From Clostridia bacterium (GTDB lineage Bacteria > Bacillota > Clostridia > CAKSNL01 > HGM11501), in NCBI GenBank assembly GCA_045545475.1, contig JAZQAZ010000018.1, positions 1 to 64,000 of the forward strand: a stretch of 64,000 bases of DNA, read 5' to 3'. Below, piece by piece: positions 29,211-39,381 of the stretch; positions within the stretch are counted from its first letter, which is position 1; every line of letters begins with the position of its first letter. The notes under the pieces were generated by a model, which was not told where the DNA came from, did not search any database, and was given only the letters and a program-made list of their open reading frames with translations. Made by a program: the position numbers and the translations under genes.

Positions 29211-30860
29211 ATGGACTATATGAAACTTGCCGAGCTTTTATTCGGCGATATTAAAACTACCCCTGAAGACATTTACGCTATGTTTCCCGAAAGAAATCTT
29301 CCCGAGGGAGCTATGGTAACAAGAATTGCACCCAGTCCCACAGGATTTGTACATTTCGGAAATCTTTTCCCCGCCATCACCTGCGAAAGAATGGCACATC
29401 AGTCGAACGGTATTTTCTATCTCCGTATTGAAGACACTGATGCCAAGCGTGAGGTTGAAGGTGCGGTTGAAGTAATTTTAAAGGCATTTAAGACCTTCCA
29501 GCTTAACTTTGATGAAGGTGCCACAATTGACGGCGATAACGGTGCTTATGGCCCTTACCGTCAGAGACAGAGAGAAACTATTTATAAAACCTTTGCAAAA
29601 ATGCTTGTTGAAAAGGGAATGGCTTATCCCTGCTTCTGCACAGAAGAGGATTTAGAGGCTACACATAAAGCTCAGGAAGAAGAAAAGAGCAACTTCGGCT
29701 ACTTCGGTAAATGGGCAAAGTGCCGTGACCTTTCCTTTGAGGAGATAAAGGCCAATATTGATGCAGGAAAGAGCTTTGTGCTCCGTTTTAAGAGTATGGG
29801 TAACTGCAACAATAAGATTAAGTTTAAGGACCTTGTAAAGGGCGATATCGACGTTTCAGAAAACGATATCGACCATGTATTATTAAAGTCCGACGGAATT
29901 CCCACATATCACTTTGCACACGTTGTTGACGATCATCTGATGGGAACAACTCACGTTGTAAGAGGTGACGAGTGGTTATCCACACTTCCTTTCCACCTTC
30001 AGCTTTTCAGGGCACTTGAATGGAAAACTCCCAAATATCTCCACATTGCTCCTCTTATGAAGATGGACGGAGAGTCAAAGAGAAAGCTTTCCAAGAGAAA
30101 AGACCCCGAAGCAGCACTTACTTTCTACGCAAAGGAAGGTTATGCAGCTGATGCGGTTTATGAATATATCTTAACTCTTCTCAATTCAAGCTTTGAACAG
30201 TGGAGAATGACAAATCCCGACAAGAACGCAAGGGAATATCCCTTCCAGTATAAGAAGATGAGCGTATCAGGATCACTTTTTGATATCGTTAAGTTAAACG
30301 ACGTAAGTAAAAATTATGTTTCCCGTCTTACAGCGGATGAGGTATATGACTATGTTGCCCAGTGGGCAAAGGAATATGATGAGGAATTTTACAAGCTCTT
30401 TACCCGTGATGAAGCTTATTCCAAGGCAATTCTTGCAATCGGCAGAGGCGGCAAGAAGCCCAGAAAGGACTTCGGTATCTGGAGCGAGGTTAAGGGATAT
30501 ATGGACTTCTTCTTTGACGAACTCTTTACGCCTGATTATACCTATGACGAAAAGCTTAAGAAGGAAGATATCTTAGCTATCCTTTCGGAATATATGAGCG
30601 TTTATGATGAAAATGACGATAACTCCGCTTGGTTTGAAAAAATCCGTGCACTTTCCGAAAAGCACGGATTCTGCGGAGATATGAAGGCGTACAAGGAAAA
30701 TCCCGATGCTTATAAGGGTAACGTCGGCGACGTTTCGATGATTCTTCGTATTGCAGTTTGCGGCAGAACAAATTCTCCCGATATGTACTGCATATTCAAC
30801 ATCCTTGGTAAGGACAAGCTTGAAGAGCGAATCAACAAGGCAATCGCAGCCTTAAATTAA
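29211..30860 (+). CDS. gltX: Glutamate--tRNA ligase
   Basis: TRIAPSPTGFVHFGN, LRIEDTD, HVVRGDEW, KLSKR. Confidence 0.95.
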   Translation: MDYMKLAELLFGDIKTTPEDIYAMFPERNLPEGAMVTRIAPSPTGFVHFGNLFPAITCERMAHQSNGIFYLRIEDTDAKREVEGAVEVILKAFKTFQLNFDEGATIDGDNGAYGPYRQRQRETIYKTFAKMLVEKGMAYPCFCTEEDLEATHKAQEEEKSNFGYFGKWAKCRDLSFEEIKANIDAGKSFVLRFKSMGNCNNKIKFKDLVKGDIDVSENDIDHVLLKSDGIPTYHFAHVVDDHLMGTTHVVRGDEWLSTLPFHLQLFRALEWKTPKYLHIAPLMKMDGESKRKLSKRKDPEAALTFYAKEGYAADAVYEYILTLLNSSFEQWRMTNPDKNAREYPFQYKKMSVSGSLFDIVKLNDVSKNYVSRLTADEVYDYVAQWAKEYDEEFYKLFTRDEAYSKAILAIGRGGKKPRKDFGIWSEVKGYMDFFFDELFTPDYTYDEKLKKEDILAILSEYMSVYDENDDNSAWFEKIRALSEKHGFCGDMKAYKENPDAYKGNVGDVSMILRIAVCGRTNSPDMYCIFNILGKDKLEERINKAIAALN

Positions 30861-30872
30861 GGAGGCATATGT

Positions 30873-32534
30873 ATGTCAGAAGAATATACAAACTTTATAC
30901 ACGAGTTTATCGATGAGGACTTAGAAAAGGGACATGTAAATAAAATACATACCCGTTTCCCTCCGGAACCCAACGGCTATCTTCATATCGGAAGTGCCAA
31001 GGCTATATGGATAAACTCCTCCACAGCCAAAAAATACGGCGGACTTTTCAATCTTCGTTATGACGATACAAACCCCGCAAGGGAGGATAATGAATACGTT
31101 GAGTCCATCGAAGAGGATTTACGCTGGCTTGGTGCTGAGCCCACAGGCGGAATTTTCTATGGCTCCGACTATTTCGATAAGTGCTATGAATATGCCGTAA
31201 AGCTTATAAAGGATGGCAAGGCATATGTCTGCGACCTTACTCAGGAAGAAATGAGAGAGTACCGCGGAACGCTTACAGAGCCGGGCAAAAACAGCCCCTA
31301 CCGTGACAGAAGCGTAGAAGAAAATTTAGAGCTTTTTGAGAAAATGAAAAACGGCGAATTCCCTGAAGGCTCAAAGACCCTCCGTGCAAAAATTGATATG
31401 GCATCTCCAAATATGAATATGCGTGATCCTGCGATTTACAGAATCGTATACGTTGAGCATCACAGACAGGGTAAAAAATGGTGCATTTATCCTCTTTACG
31501 ACTATGCTCATCCCATTCAGGATGCCCTGGAAGGAATAACCCATTCTCTTTGCTCCATCGAGTTTGAAAACCACAGACCTTTGTATAACTGGGTGGTTGA
31601 CAATATAGGCTTTGAAGCAAAACCCCGTCAGATTGAATTTGCGAGAATCAACATAACACATACTGTTTTAAGTAAGCGTTATCTTCGTGAACTTGTTGAA
31701 AAAGGCAAGGTTGATGGTTGGGACGATCCCAGAATGCCCACCTTATCGGGACTTCGCAGAAGAGGATATACTCCAGAGGCAATTATGGAATTCGTAAAGA
31801 GAGCCGGCGTTGCAAAAACTGACAGCGTTGTGGATATCGGACTTTTGGAGTACTGTGTAAGAAATGAGCTTAACAAGAAAGCACTTCGTAAAATGGCAGT
31901 GCTTGACCCCGTTAAGGTTAAGATTACAAACTATCCCGAGGGAAAGACAGAATATTTCGATATCCCCAATAACCCCGAGGATGAAAATGCAGGAACAAGA
32001 AAGGTTGCCTTCTCCGGTGAAGTTTATATCGAGAGAGACGATTTTGCCTTGGTACCTCCTCCCAAGTTCCACCGCTTAAAGCCCGATGGGGAAGTGAGAC
32101 TTATGGGTGCATACATAATTAAGTGCAACGAAGTAAAAACGGACGCAGACGGAAACGTAACGGAAATCCTTTGTACTGCGGACCTTGAGACAGCAAACGG
32201 AAATCCCGTTGACGGAAGAAAGATAAAAGGTACAGTTCACTGGGTATCTGCTTTTCACGCAGTTGATGCCAAGGTAAATCTTTATGAGCATCTTTTCTTA
32301 AAGGAAAATGTGGGAGATTTAGAGGAAGGCGAAAATTATCTTGATTACCTTAATCCCGATTCCTTAAAGACTTACGAAAACTGTAAGCTTGAAGAAAGCC
32401 TCGGAGAAGCCCAAAAGGGCGACAAGTTCCAGTTTGTTCGTCTCGGTTATTTCTGCCGTGATTCCAAAGCTGACGGCATGGTATTTAACCGTGCGGTAAC
32501 CTTAAAGGATACCTGGTCAAAACAGAATAAATAA
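30873..32534 (+). CDS. glnS: Glutamine--tRNA ligase
   Basis: TRFPPEPNGYLHIG, RYDDTNP, ITHSLCSIEFE, VLSKR, GWDDPRMPT. Confidence 0.96.
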   Translation: MSEEYTNFIHEFIDEDLEKGHVNKIHTRFPPEPNGYLHIGSAKAIWINSSTAKKYGGLFNLRYDDTNPAREDNEYVESIEEDLRWLGAEPTGGIFYGSDYFDKCYEYAVKLIKDGKAYVCDLTQEEMREYRGTLTEPGKNSPYRDRSVEENLELFEKMKNGEFPEGSKTLRAKIDMASPNMNMRDPAIYRIVYVEHHRQGKKWCIYPLYDYAHPIQDALEGITHSLCSIEFENHRPLYNWVVDNIGFEAKPRQIEFARINITHTVLSKRYLRELVEKGKVDGWDDPRMPTLSGLRRRGYTPEAIMEFVKRAGVAKTDSVVDIGLLEYCVRNELNKKALRKMAVLDPVKVKITNYPEGKTEYFDIPNNPEDENAGTRKVAFSGEVYIERDDFALVPPPKFHRLKPDGEVRLMGAYIIKCNEVKTDADGNVTEILCTADLETANGNPVDGRKIKGTVHWVSAFHAVDAKVNLYEHLFLKENVGDLEEGENYLDYLNPDSLKTYENCKLEESLGEAQKGDKFQFVRLGYFCRDSKADGMVFNRAVTLKDTWSKQNK

Positions 32535-32537
32535 TTG

Positions 32538-32564
32538 AAAGCGGCTTTTTTAAAGCCGCTTTTT
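32538..32564 (+). terminator. Rho-independent terminator
   Basis: AAAGCGGCTTT-ttt-AAAGCCGCTTT-TT. Confidence 0.8.
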
Positions 32565-32614
32565 GCAACCTTTTTGCTTTCTTGTTTGTATTAATAGTAA
32601 AAGGAGGTATTTTT

Positions 32615-34357
32615 ATGAAAAAAGTATTGACATTAATTCTGGTATTTATTATGGTTCTTACCATGCTTACAGCTTTGGCGGAAGAGAAAAATATGCTTTC
32701 CCGCGAAGATATTCCGCTATATAACGGCGGCGGACTTGACAGAATCGGAATATTAAAAGGAACGGAAAATGGCTTTGAGCTTGAAAGAGAAGTTACAAGG
32801 GCCGAGGCAATAACTTTTATCAAGCGTACGCTTGCCATGGATGATGAAGCTTTTATGGCCTCTCCTTTTACAGATATAAAAGGTCATTGGGCGGAAAAAA
32901 CAGTGGATATGTTTTACGATAAAGGCTATGTCGATGGCGTTTCGGATACTCAATTTGCTCCCGACAGAACCGTTACGGGACAGGAGTTTACAAAAATCCT
33001 TTTATCTGCAATGGGATATTCAGGCATATCTCTTGAAAATGCCCTGGAAAAGGGAGATAAGTACGACGTTTTATCAAATAACTTTACCAAAAGCGTGGTT
33101 AAGCAGAACTTTACACTTCTTCGAAGTGATGTTTTAAGAATAATCCACTCAGCCTTAAGTGCAAAATGTGCCGACGGGGTTATGACTTACGAAAAGCATA
33201 TTGAAAAAGGGCTTCTTGAAAGAGAAGATTTTAATGGCGTACTCTGGTGCGGAACTCCCGCAGCAAAACCTTTAAGCTTTGCCGATAAATTCTATAACAA
33301 AATTGAATCTGAGGAAAGCTATATGGTTTCGCCTTTTTCCGTCAAAATTGCATTGCTGCTCCTTGCAAACGGTGCGGAAGGGGAAACAAAAGAGGAAATA
33401 TTGTCATTGCTCGGAGTTGAAAATCTTACGGAATACAACGAAGAGATGAAAATTCTGACTGAGAAATATGCAAAGAGTAGAAGCTTTACCTTAAACAGTG
33501 CAAATTCTGTGTGGATGAATAAAGATAATACTAAACAGAATTTTTCGGATACATATAAAGAAACTGTAAGCAATTATTACGGTGCCGAAGTCATGGAAAC
33601 AGATAACAAAACGGCGGTAAAAACGATAAATGATTGGGTATCGGAAAAAACCAACGGTAAAATTAAAAGCCTTATCCAGAAGCCTGATTTTTACGCACTT
33701 TTGGTTAATGCCGTATACTTTAAAGCTTCCTGGCAGAATGAGTTTAATAAAGGTGCAACCTATAAAGATACTTTCCACGGAAAAGCGGGAGACAGAGAAG
33801 AAGATTTCATGCGAAGAACCGGTTATATGAATGTATTTTACAATGACGGTCTTAAAATTTTAGAGCTTCCTTATAAAAACCGCGTAGAGGAAACCGACGA
33901 AAACGGAATGTTTATGGGTGCTTACAGTGAGGACATCAACATAAGCATGTACATCCTTATGGGTGATGACAGAGTATCGGATGCAGATGCCCTGATTTCG
34001 GAAGAAGAACTTAAAAGCACCTACGTTTCACTTTATCTTCCGAAGTTTGAAACTGAAACCACATTAAATCTTACAGACGTTCTTAAAAGCCTGGGAATGA
34101 AGGTATCCTTCACAGAGGCAGCAGACCTTACGAAGATGTGCGACAGCGGAAATATGCAAGTTACCGACGGAATTCATAAAACCTATATAAAGGTGGATGA
34201 AAAAGGGACGGAAGCCGCGGCAGTTACCGGTATGATGGCGGGAGCTACCTCTGCAAAGCCTCCCGAGCCTGTAGAATTTAAATTCGATAAGCCTTTTACC
34301 TATGTGATAAAGGATAAAACATCGGGAGAAGTTCTTTTTATCGGCGAATATAAGTAA
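32615..34357 (+). CDS. Secreted SLH-domain serpin (serine protease inhibitor)
   Basis: Signal peptide; SLH motifs (ILKGTENG..VTRAE, FTDIKGHWA, FAPDRTVT); serpin motifs VSPFSV, INDWVSEKTNGKI, LVNAVYFKASW, LPKF, DEKGTEAAAVT, FDKPF. Confidence 0.93.
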   Translation: MKKVLTLILVFIMVLTMLTALAEEKNMLSREDIPLYNGGGLDRIGILKGTENGFELEREVTRAEAITFIKRTLAMDDEAFMASPFTDIKGHWAEKTVDMFYDKGYVDGVSDTQFAPDRTVTGQEFTKILLSAMGYSGISLENALEKGDKYDVLSNNFTKSVVKQNFTLLRSDVLRIIHSALSAKCADGVMTYEKHIEKGLLEREDFNGVLWCGTPAAKPLSFADKFYNKIESEESYMVSPFSVKIALLLLANGAEGETKEEILSLLGVENLTEYNEEMKILTEKYAKSRSFTLNSANSVWMNKDNTKQNFSDTYKETVSNYYGAEVMETDNKTAVKTINDWVSEKTNGKIKSLIQKPDFYALLVNAVYFKASWQNEFNKGATYKDTFHGKAGDREEDFMRRTGYMNVFYNDGLKILELPYKNRVEETDENGMFMGAYSEDINISMYILMGDDRVSDADALISEEELKSTYVSLYLPKFETETTLNLTDVLKSLGMKVSFTEAADLTKMCDSGNMQVTDGIHKTYIKVDEKGTEAAAVTGMMAGATSAKPPEPVEFKFDKPFTYVIKDKTSGEVLFIGEYK

Positions 34358-34358
34358 G

Positions 34359-34386
34359 AAAAAGCTGGGCTATGCCCGGCTTTTTT
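34359..34386 (+). terminator. Rho-independent terminator
   Basis: AAAAAGCTGGGC-tat-GCCCGGCTTTTTT. Confidence 0.82.
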
Positions 34387-34388
34387 AG

Positions 34389-34428
34389 TTGAATTACCAT
34401 ATAATGTATGTTATAATACATTATATGG
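34389..34428 (+). promoter_or_regulatory. Promoter TTGAAT-17-TATAAT overlapped by perfect 13-bp palindromic operator
   Basis: CCATATAATGTAT (34397-34409)-gttata-ATACATTATATGG (34416-34428); -10 at 34412-34417. Confidence 0.72.
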
Positions 34429-34456
34429 ATTTTGCCTGAGGTTAAGGGGTGATTTT

Positions 34457-35302
34457 ATGAAAGATAGCATCTGGAACGTTGGTGCATCAAGCTGTATACT
34501 TACGCCGGAGGAACATACGGAAGACGGATTTTTTAAATACAAAGAAGCGGGAATAAGGTTTGCCGAGCTTTCCTGCTGTCATAATCTATCGCAGATTGAT
34601 TTTTACAATAATCCCGAAAGAATCTTAAAAGCAGCAGAGGCAAACGGCGTTAAATTTACATCCTTTCATCTGCCATTTTCAAAAACCATCAGCTTTTCAA
34701 ATCCCGATAAAGAAGTAAGAGAAAAGGCTGTATTAAAGCTTAAAGAAACGGTGGATGCGGCATCTTCAATCGGAATAAATCTTATGGTTATGCACCCGTC
34801 CTGCTCAAATTACGAGTTTTATCCAGAGAGGGAACCGCTTATAGTACAGTGCCTTTATCACATCGGTGAGGTGTACGAATACTGTGAAAAGAAAAACATA
34901 ACCCTTGCCGTTGAAAATATGACAGGGAAGGGACTTTTGGGAACGCCTTTTGAAATGATAAGATGCCTCAAAGAATTCCCGGATATAAAAATCTGCTTTG
35001 ATGTAAATCATTGCTTTCACCTTACACCGGAGGACTACCTTGATGAGCTTATAAAAGCGGGATTTAAGGGAAGAATAGCAACGATTCACGCCTCGGACTA
35101 TTTTCTTAAAGAGGAAAAGCATCTTATGCCCGGAGAGGGAACTGCCGATTTTGCCGCAGTTACAAAAAAGCTTCGGGAAATGGAATATAAAGGTGTATTT
35201 ATGTATGAGGTATCGGGTGATAGAGAAAAAGGTGTAAGATACAGTCCGAAAGACGTAAAAGAAAATTTTGATACGGTCATTAAATCCGCCCTTTTGCATT
35301 GA
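34457..35302 (+). CDS. Sugar-phosphate isomerase/epimerase (xylose-isomerase-like TIM barrel)
   Basis: SFHLPF, VMHP, LAVEN, CFDVNH, IHASD, HLMPGEG, MYE. Confidence 0.87.
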   Translation: MKDSIWNVGASSCILTPEEHTEDGFFKYKEAGIRFAELSCCHNLSQIDFYNNPERILKAAEANGVKFTSFHLPFSKTISFSNPDKEVREKAVLKLKETVDAASSIGINLMVMHPSCSNYEFYPEREPLIVQCLYHIGEVYEYCEKKNITLAVENMTGKGLLGTPFEMIRCLKEFPDIKICFDVNHCFHLTPEDYLDELIKAGFKGRIATIHASDYFLKEEKHLMPGEGTADFAAVTKKLREMEYKGVFMYEVSGDREKGVRYSPKDVKENFDTVIKSALLH

Positions 35303-35327
35303 CAAAAAGGCGGAAAAGTTGTATATT
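35299..35327 (+). promoter_or_regulatory. SigA-type promoter TTGACA-17-TATATT
   Basis: Direct motif match. Confidence 0.6.
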
Positions 35328-35360
35328 ATAAGTTGATTTAAATGACGAGGAGACAGTGCT

Positions 35361-35915
35361 ATGAAAAAACTTTTGAACCTTTTTTGGGTGTTTTTCAAGA
35401 TAGGTGCATTCACCTTTGGCGGCGGATATGCAATGATACCGATTATTCAGAAGGAAGTTGTTGAAAATAAAAAATGGGTAACCGATGACGATATATTGAA
35501 TGTCATAGCAATTGCGGAATCTACCCCCGGACCCATTGCAATAAATTCAGCCACATTTATTGGCTACAAGGTGGCAGGAATCCTTGGTGCGGCGTGTGCA
35601 ACCTTGGGAGTTGTTATCCCTTCCTTTGTAATAATTACCATTATCGCATTTTTCTTAAATAAATTCAGTGAATATAAGGCTGTGCAGTATGCCTTTTACG
35701 GAATAAGAGCAGGGGTTTTGGCACTCGTTATAAAGGCTCTTATCACAATGTATAAGAAAATGCCGAAAACAGCCATTGCCTACGGAATTGCCGTTTTTGC
35801 ATTTGTTGCATCGCTTGTATTTGATATAATAAATATAAGCATTATATATGTAATTTTGGCCTGTGCCGTAATAGGGCTTGTTTCGTCCTTGATTAAGGTT
35901 AAGGAGGTAGAGTGA
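35361..35915 (+). CDS. Chromate transporter, short-chain half 1
   Basis: FKIGAFTFGGGYAM, AESTPGPIAIN. Confidence 0.92.
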   Translation: MKKLLNLFWVFFKIGAFTFGGGYAMIPIIQKEVVENKKWVTDDDILNVIAIAESTPGPIAINSATFIGYKVAGILGAACATLGVVIPSFVIITIIAFFLNKFSEYKAVQYAFYGIRAGVLALVIKALITMYKKMPKTAIAYGIAVFAFVASLVFDIINISIIYVILACAVIGLVSSLIKVKEVE

Positions 35916-35916
35916 A

Positions 35917-36498
35917 ATGGAACTTTTCGAGCTTTTTTACACCTTCTTTTATATAGGTATCGTAACCTTCGGAGGCGGCTATGCAATGCTTCCCCTTATC
36001 CAGAGTACAGTGCTCAGCAATGCTTGGATGCCACATGAACAGCTTGTTGACTTTGTGGCAATTTCTGAATCTACACCCGGTCCCTTCGCAATAAATATTG
36101 CAACCTATATCGGGGCGGAAAGATGTGGCATCCTTGGCTCTGTATGTGCAACACTTGGTGTTGTACTGCCGTCTTTTATAATAATATTGCTTGTTGCAAG
36201 AGTTTACGAAAAGTTTAACTCCAACAAAATTGTAAAGGGCGTTATGACAGGTCTTAAGCCTGCTGTAATAGGATTAATTGCATCGGCAGTTTTAACAATC
36301 GGAAAAACAGTTTTAATCCCCGATGTGACAACCTTTATGGGAGTATTTTCAAAGGATGTATTAAGCCTTGAGCTTTTGTGTTCACTCATAATTTTTGCTC
36401 TTGGACTTTTCCTTATCCTTAAAAAGAAAGCACATCCGATTTTGGTAATTGCGCTTTCTGCAACACTTGGAATTTTAGCCGGATATTTCATACTGTAA
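35917..36498 (+). CDS. Chromate transporter, short-chain half 2
   Basis: IGIVTFGGGYAM, SESTPGPFAIN. Confidence 0.92.
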   Translation: MELFELFYTFFYIGIVTFGGGYAMLPLIQSTVLSNAWMPHEQLVDFVAISESTPGPFAINIATYIGAERCGILGSVCATLGVVLPSFIIILLVARVYEKFNSNKIVKGVMTGLKPAVIGLIASAVLTIGKTVLIPDVTTFMGVFSKDVLSLELLCSLIIFALGLFLILKKKAHPILVIALSATLGILAGYFIL

Positions 36499-36509
36499 GG
36501 AACTTTTTT

Positions 36510-37505
36510 ATGATAACTGAGTATTTTGATATAAAACCTTTGGGAATTGAATACGGAAAGATAGATGAAGCGGCAAGAATTTTGCTCTCAGGCGGTCTTG
36601 TTGCTTTTCCTACGGAGACGGTATACGGGCTTGGAGCAGACTGCGAAAATAAAGATGCCGTAAAAAGCATATTTACAGCAAAAGGCCGCCCGATGGACAA
36701 CCCTTTGATAGTACACGTTTCTGATATGGCAATGTGCGAGAAATATGTTTCATATATCCCAAAAAAAGCGGAACTTTTAATGAACAAATTCTGGGGAGGT
36801 CCTCTCACCATCGTTATGAAAAGAAGCAAATATGCCATAGATGAAGTTACTGCAGGGGGAGACACCGTTGCAATACGTCTTCCTTCACATCCTGTGGCAC
36901 ACGCTCTTATAAAGGCTGCAGGAAAGGGGATTGCCGCACCCAGTGCAAATCTTTCAGGTAAGCCAAGTCCCACAACAGCAGAGCACGTGAAAGAGGATTT
37001 TGACGGTAAAATTCCCTGCATAATCGCAGGAGGAAAGGCAGAGCACGGTCTTGAATCCACCGTTATAGATTTAAGCGGAGAAAGACCAATGGTGCTTCGA
37101 CCCGGCGTTATAAGCCTTGATATGATTAAGGAGCTGCTTCCCGATGCCGTATACGGCGGAGGCGGGGAAGGAATCCCCAAAAGCCCCGGTATGAAATATA
37201 AGCACTATGCTCCTGATGCCAAGGTTATAGTTGTAAAAGGCGATATGAAAAAGGAAGCAGAAAACTGTTCCGGCAAGGTACTTTTTATGGACTATGAAGA
37301 TATGCGAGGCGAATACGAAGAAGATAGCTTCCTTTCTGTCGGAAATGATGACACGTCCTATGCGGCATCGCTTTTCTGGCTTTTAAGACTTGCTGATGAA
37401 AAGAAAGCAAAATTCGTTTTAGCAAAGGATCCTAGAGGCGGCGAGCCCGTTTCCGATGCTCTTTGTAACAGACTTTATAAGTCCGCAGGAGGCGATATTA
37501 TATGA
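36510..37505 (+). CDS. sua5: Threonylcarbamoyl-AMP synthase (Sua5/TsaC2)
   Basis: VAFPTETVYGLGA, KGRPMDNPLIVH, APSANLSG, SPGMKYKHYAP. Confidence 0.95.
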   Translation: MITEYFDIKPLGIEYGKIDEAARILLSGGLVAFPTETVYGLGADCENKDAVKSIFTAKGRPMDNPLIVHVSDMAMCEKYVSYIPKKAELLMNKFWGGPLTIVMKRSKYAIDEVTAGGDTVAIRLPSHPVAHALIKAAGKGIAAPSANLSGKPSPTTAEHVKEDFDGKIPCIIAGGKAEHGLESTVIDLSGERPMVLRPGVISLDMIKELLPDAVYGGGGEGIPKSPGMKYKHYAPDAKVIVVKGDMKKEAENCSGKVLFMDYEDMRGEYEEDSFLSVGNDDTSYAASLFWLLRLADEKKAKFVLAKDPRGGEPVSDALCNRLYKSAGGDII

Positions 37506-37933
37506 TTTTATTCGTATGCACGGGGAACACCTGCAGAAGCCCTATGGCGGAAGCTCTCTATAAAAGCATAACCGGAAAAAATGCAGAATCTGCAGGCTTA
37601 AGTGCGGCGCATAACGGAAAAGCAAGTGAGCATTCGGTTTCGGTTATGGCAAAGCGTGGTATTGATATAAGTAATCACATATCAAAACAGCTGGATTTTT
37701 CCATGTTGGAAGAAGCTGATACCATCATTACTATGACTGAAACACAAAGAACAATGCTTCTTTATTCCGCTCCGGAGTTTGCAAGAAAAATTTTTACAAT
37801 TAAAGAATGGGCAGGGAAATCGGGAGATGTATCCGATCCTTTCGGAAGAAGTGAAGAAGTTTACGAAGAATGTGCAAAAGAACTGGAGGAGCTTATCCGT
37901 GAAGGTGAAAAGCTACACCAAGAATTATTTTGA
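37502..37933 (+). CDS. Low-molecular-weight protein phosphatase (YwlE-like arginine phosphatase)
   Basis: CTGNTCRSPMAE and DPFG motifs. Confidence 0.88.
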   Translation: MILFVCTGNTCRSPMAEALYKSITGKNAESAGLSAAHNGKASEHSVSVMAKRGIDISNHISKQLDFSMLEEADTIITMTETQRTMLLYSAPEFARKIFTIKEWAGKSGDVSDPFGRSEEVYEECAKELEELIREGEKLHQELF

Positions 37934-38330
37934 TGCTCTTTATGAAATAGAGAAAGAAGCCTTTTCCGATTTCTGGAGTGAAAAAGGGATGAGAGAGGAA
38001 CTCTCGCTTTCTCAGGCACACTATTATGTGGCGGAGGAAGATGGGGAGATACTGGGCTTTGCGGGATTCTGGCTAATAATTGATGAGGCGGAAATAATGA
38101 AAGTTGCGGTAAAAAAGTCGCATCGGGGAAAAGGCATCGGAGATGCACTTCTTAAAGCGATAATTGAGGATTCTATATCCCTTGGTGCAAAAAAAATCCT
38201 TCTTGAAGTAAGGGAAGAAAACACCCCCGCCCGTAAGCTCTATGAAAAAAACGGCTTTATCTCTTATGCGGTGCGGGAGAAATATTACCAAGGCAAAGAA
38301 AATGCAGTTTTGTATAAAAAGAATTTGTAA
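37899..38330 (+). CDS. rimI: Ribosomal-protein-alanine N-acetyltransferase RimI
   Basis: GTG start after GGAGGA; RGKGIG, LLEVREEN, LYEKNGF..REKYY; upstream of tsaD. Confidence 0.88.
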   Translation: MKVKSYTKNYFDALYEIEKEAFSDFWSEKGMREELSLSQAHYYVAEEDGEILGFAGFWLIIDEAEIMKVAVKKSHRGKGIGDALLKAIIEDSISLGAKKILLEVREENTPARKLYEKNGFISYAVREKYYQGKENAVLYKKNL

Positions 38331-38342
38331 AGGAAAGTTTGT

Positions 38343-39341
38343 ATGTTGATTTTAGGAATAGAAAGCTCTTGCGATGAAACTGCGGCAGCGGTTGTTAAGG
38401 ACGGTCGTGAGGTTTTATCGGATGTTATATATTCTCAGGCGGAAATTCATTCCAGATACGGAGGAGTTGTACCTGAAATTGCATCGAGAAGGCATATTGA
38501 AAAGGTGCTTTATGTGATAGATAAAGCACTTAACGATGCCAATGTGACGAAGGAGGATATTGATGCAATTGCTGTTACATGCGGCCCCGGGTTGGTGGGA
38601 GCACTCCTTGTGGGAGTTTCTGCGGCAAAATCCCTGGCAGTTGCATGGGGTAAGCCTCTTATTCCTGTGAATCATATAAAGGGGCATATTTCGGCTAATT
38701 ATGTGGCGTTTTCAAATCTTGAACCTCCGTTCATATGTCTTGTGGCATCAGGAGGACACAGCCATATCGTTCATGTAAAGGACTATACAGAAATGGAAGT
38801 TTTAGGTGCAACAAGAGACGATGCGGCAGGTGAAGCTTTTGATAAAGTTGCAAGGGTAATCGGACTGGGTTATCCCGGAGGACCAAAGGTGGATGCTGCA
38901 GCTAAAAAAGGAAACCCGGAAGCCTTTTCGTTTCCCAGAGCTAAAACGGGAGATGATTTCTCTTTCAGCGGACTTAAAACTGCAGTAATAAACACCGTAC
39001 ATAAAATGGAGCAAAAGGGAGAAGAAATTCCTGTTTTTGATATAGCCGCAAGCTTTCAACAGGCTGTAGTGGAGGTTTTGGTGGCAAATACGGTTCATCA
39101 GGCAGAAAAAGTGGGAACCGGAAAAATATGCCTTGCGGGCGGAGTTGCTTCAAATTCACTCCTTCGCAGTGAATTTGAGAAGGCGGCAAAGGAGAAAAAA
39201 CTGACGCTTTATTATCCTCCGCTCAGGTTTTGCACAGACAATGCAGTAATGATTGCTTCGGCAGGATTCTTTGCATATAATGCAGGAAATGTGGCATCAT
39301 CAGATCTTAATGCATATCCGGCGTTGAGCCTTGAAGAATAA
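38343..39341 (+). CDS. tsaD: tRNA N6-adenosine threonylcarbamoyltransferase
   Basis: [48 protein letters not shown]. Confidence 0.97.
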   Translation: MLILGIESSCDETAAAVVKDGREVLSDVIYSQAEIHSRYGGVVPEIASRRHIEKVLYVIDKALNDANVTKEDIDAIAVTCGPGLVGALLVGVSAAKSLAVAWGKPLIPVNHIKGHISANYVAFSNLEPPFICLVASGGHSHIVHVKDYTEMEVLGATRDDAAGEAFDKVARVIGLGYPGGPKVDAAAKKGNPEAFSFPRAKTGDDFSFSGLKTAVINTVHKMEQKGEEIPVFDIAASFQQAVVEVLVANTVHQAEKVGTGKICLAGGVASNSLLRSEFEKAAKEKKLTLYYPPLRFCTDNAVMIASAGFFAYNAGNVASSDLNAYPALSLEE

Positions 39342-39379
39342 AAAAATCCGAAAGCCATTGGCTTTCGGATTTTTTTATT
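39337..39379. terminator. Bidirectional terminator
   Basis: AATAAAAAAATCCGAAAGCC-att-GGCTTTCGGATTTTTTTATT. Confidence 0.9.
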
Positions 39380-39381
39380 TA

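Noticed and set aside
29211-32534. Adjacent gltX and glnS as a novelty
   Set aside because: GlnRS is well known in Clostridia; both look like ordinary housekeeping genes.
35361-36498. Two similar chromate transporter genes as a duplication or split pseudogene
   Set aside because: Short-chain CHR transporters normally occur as paired half-genes.
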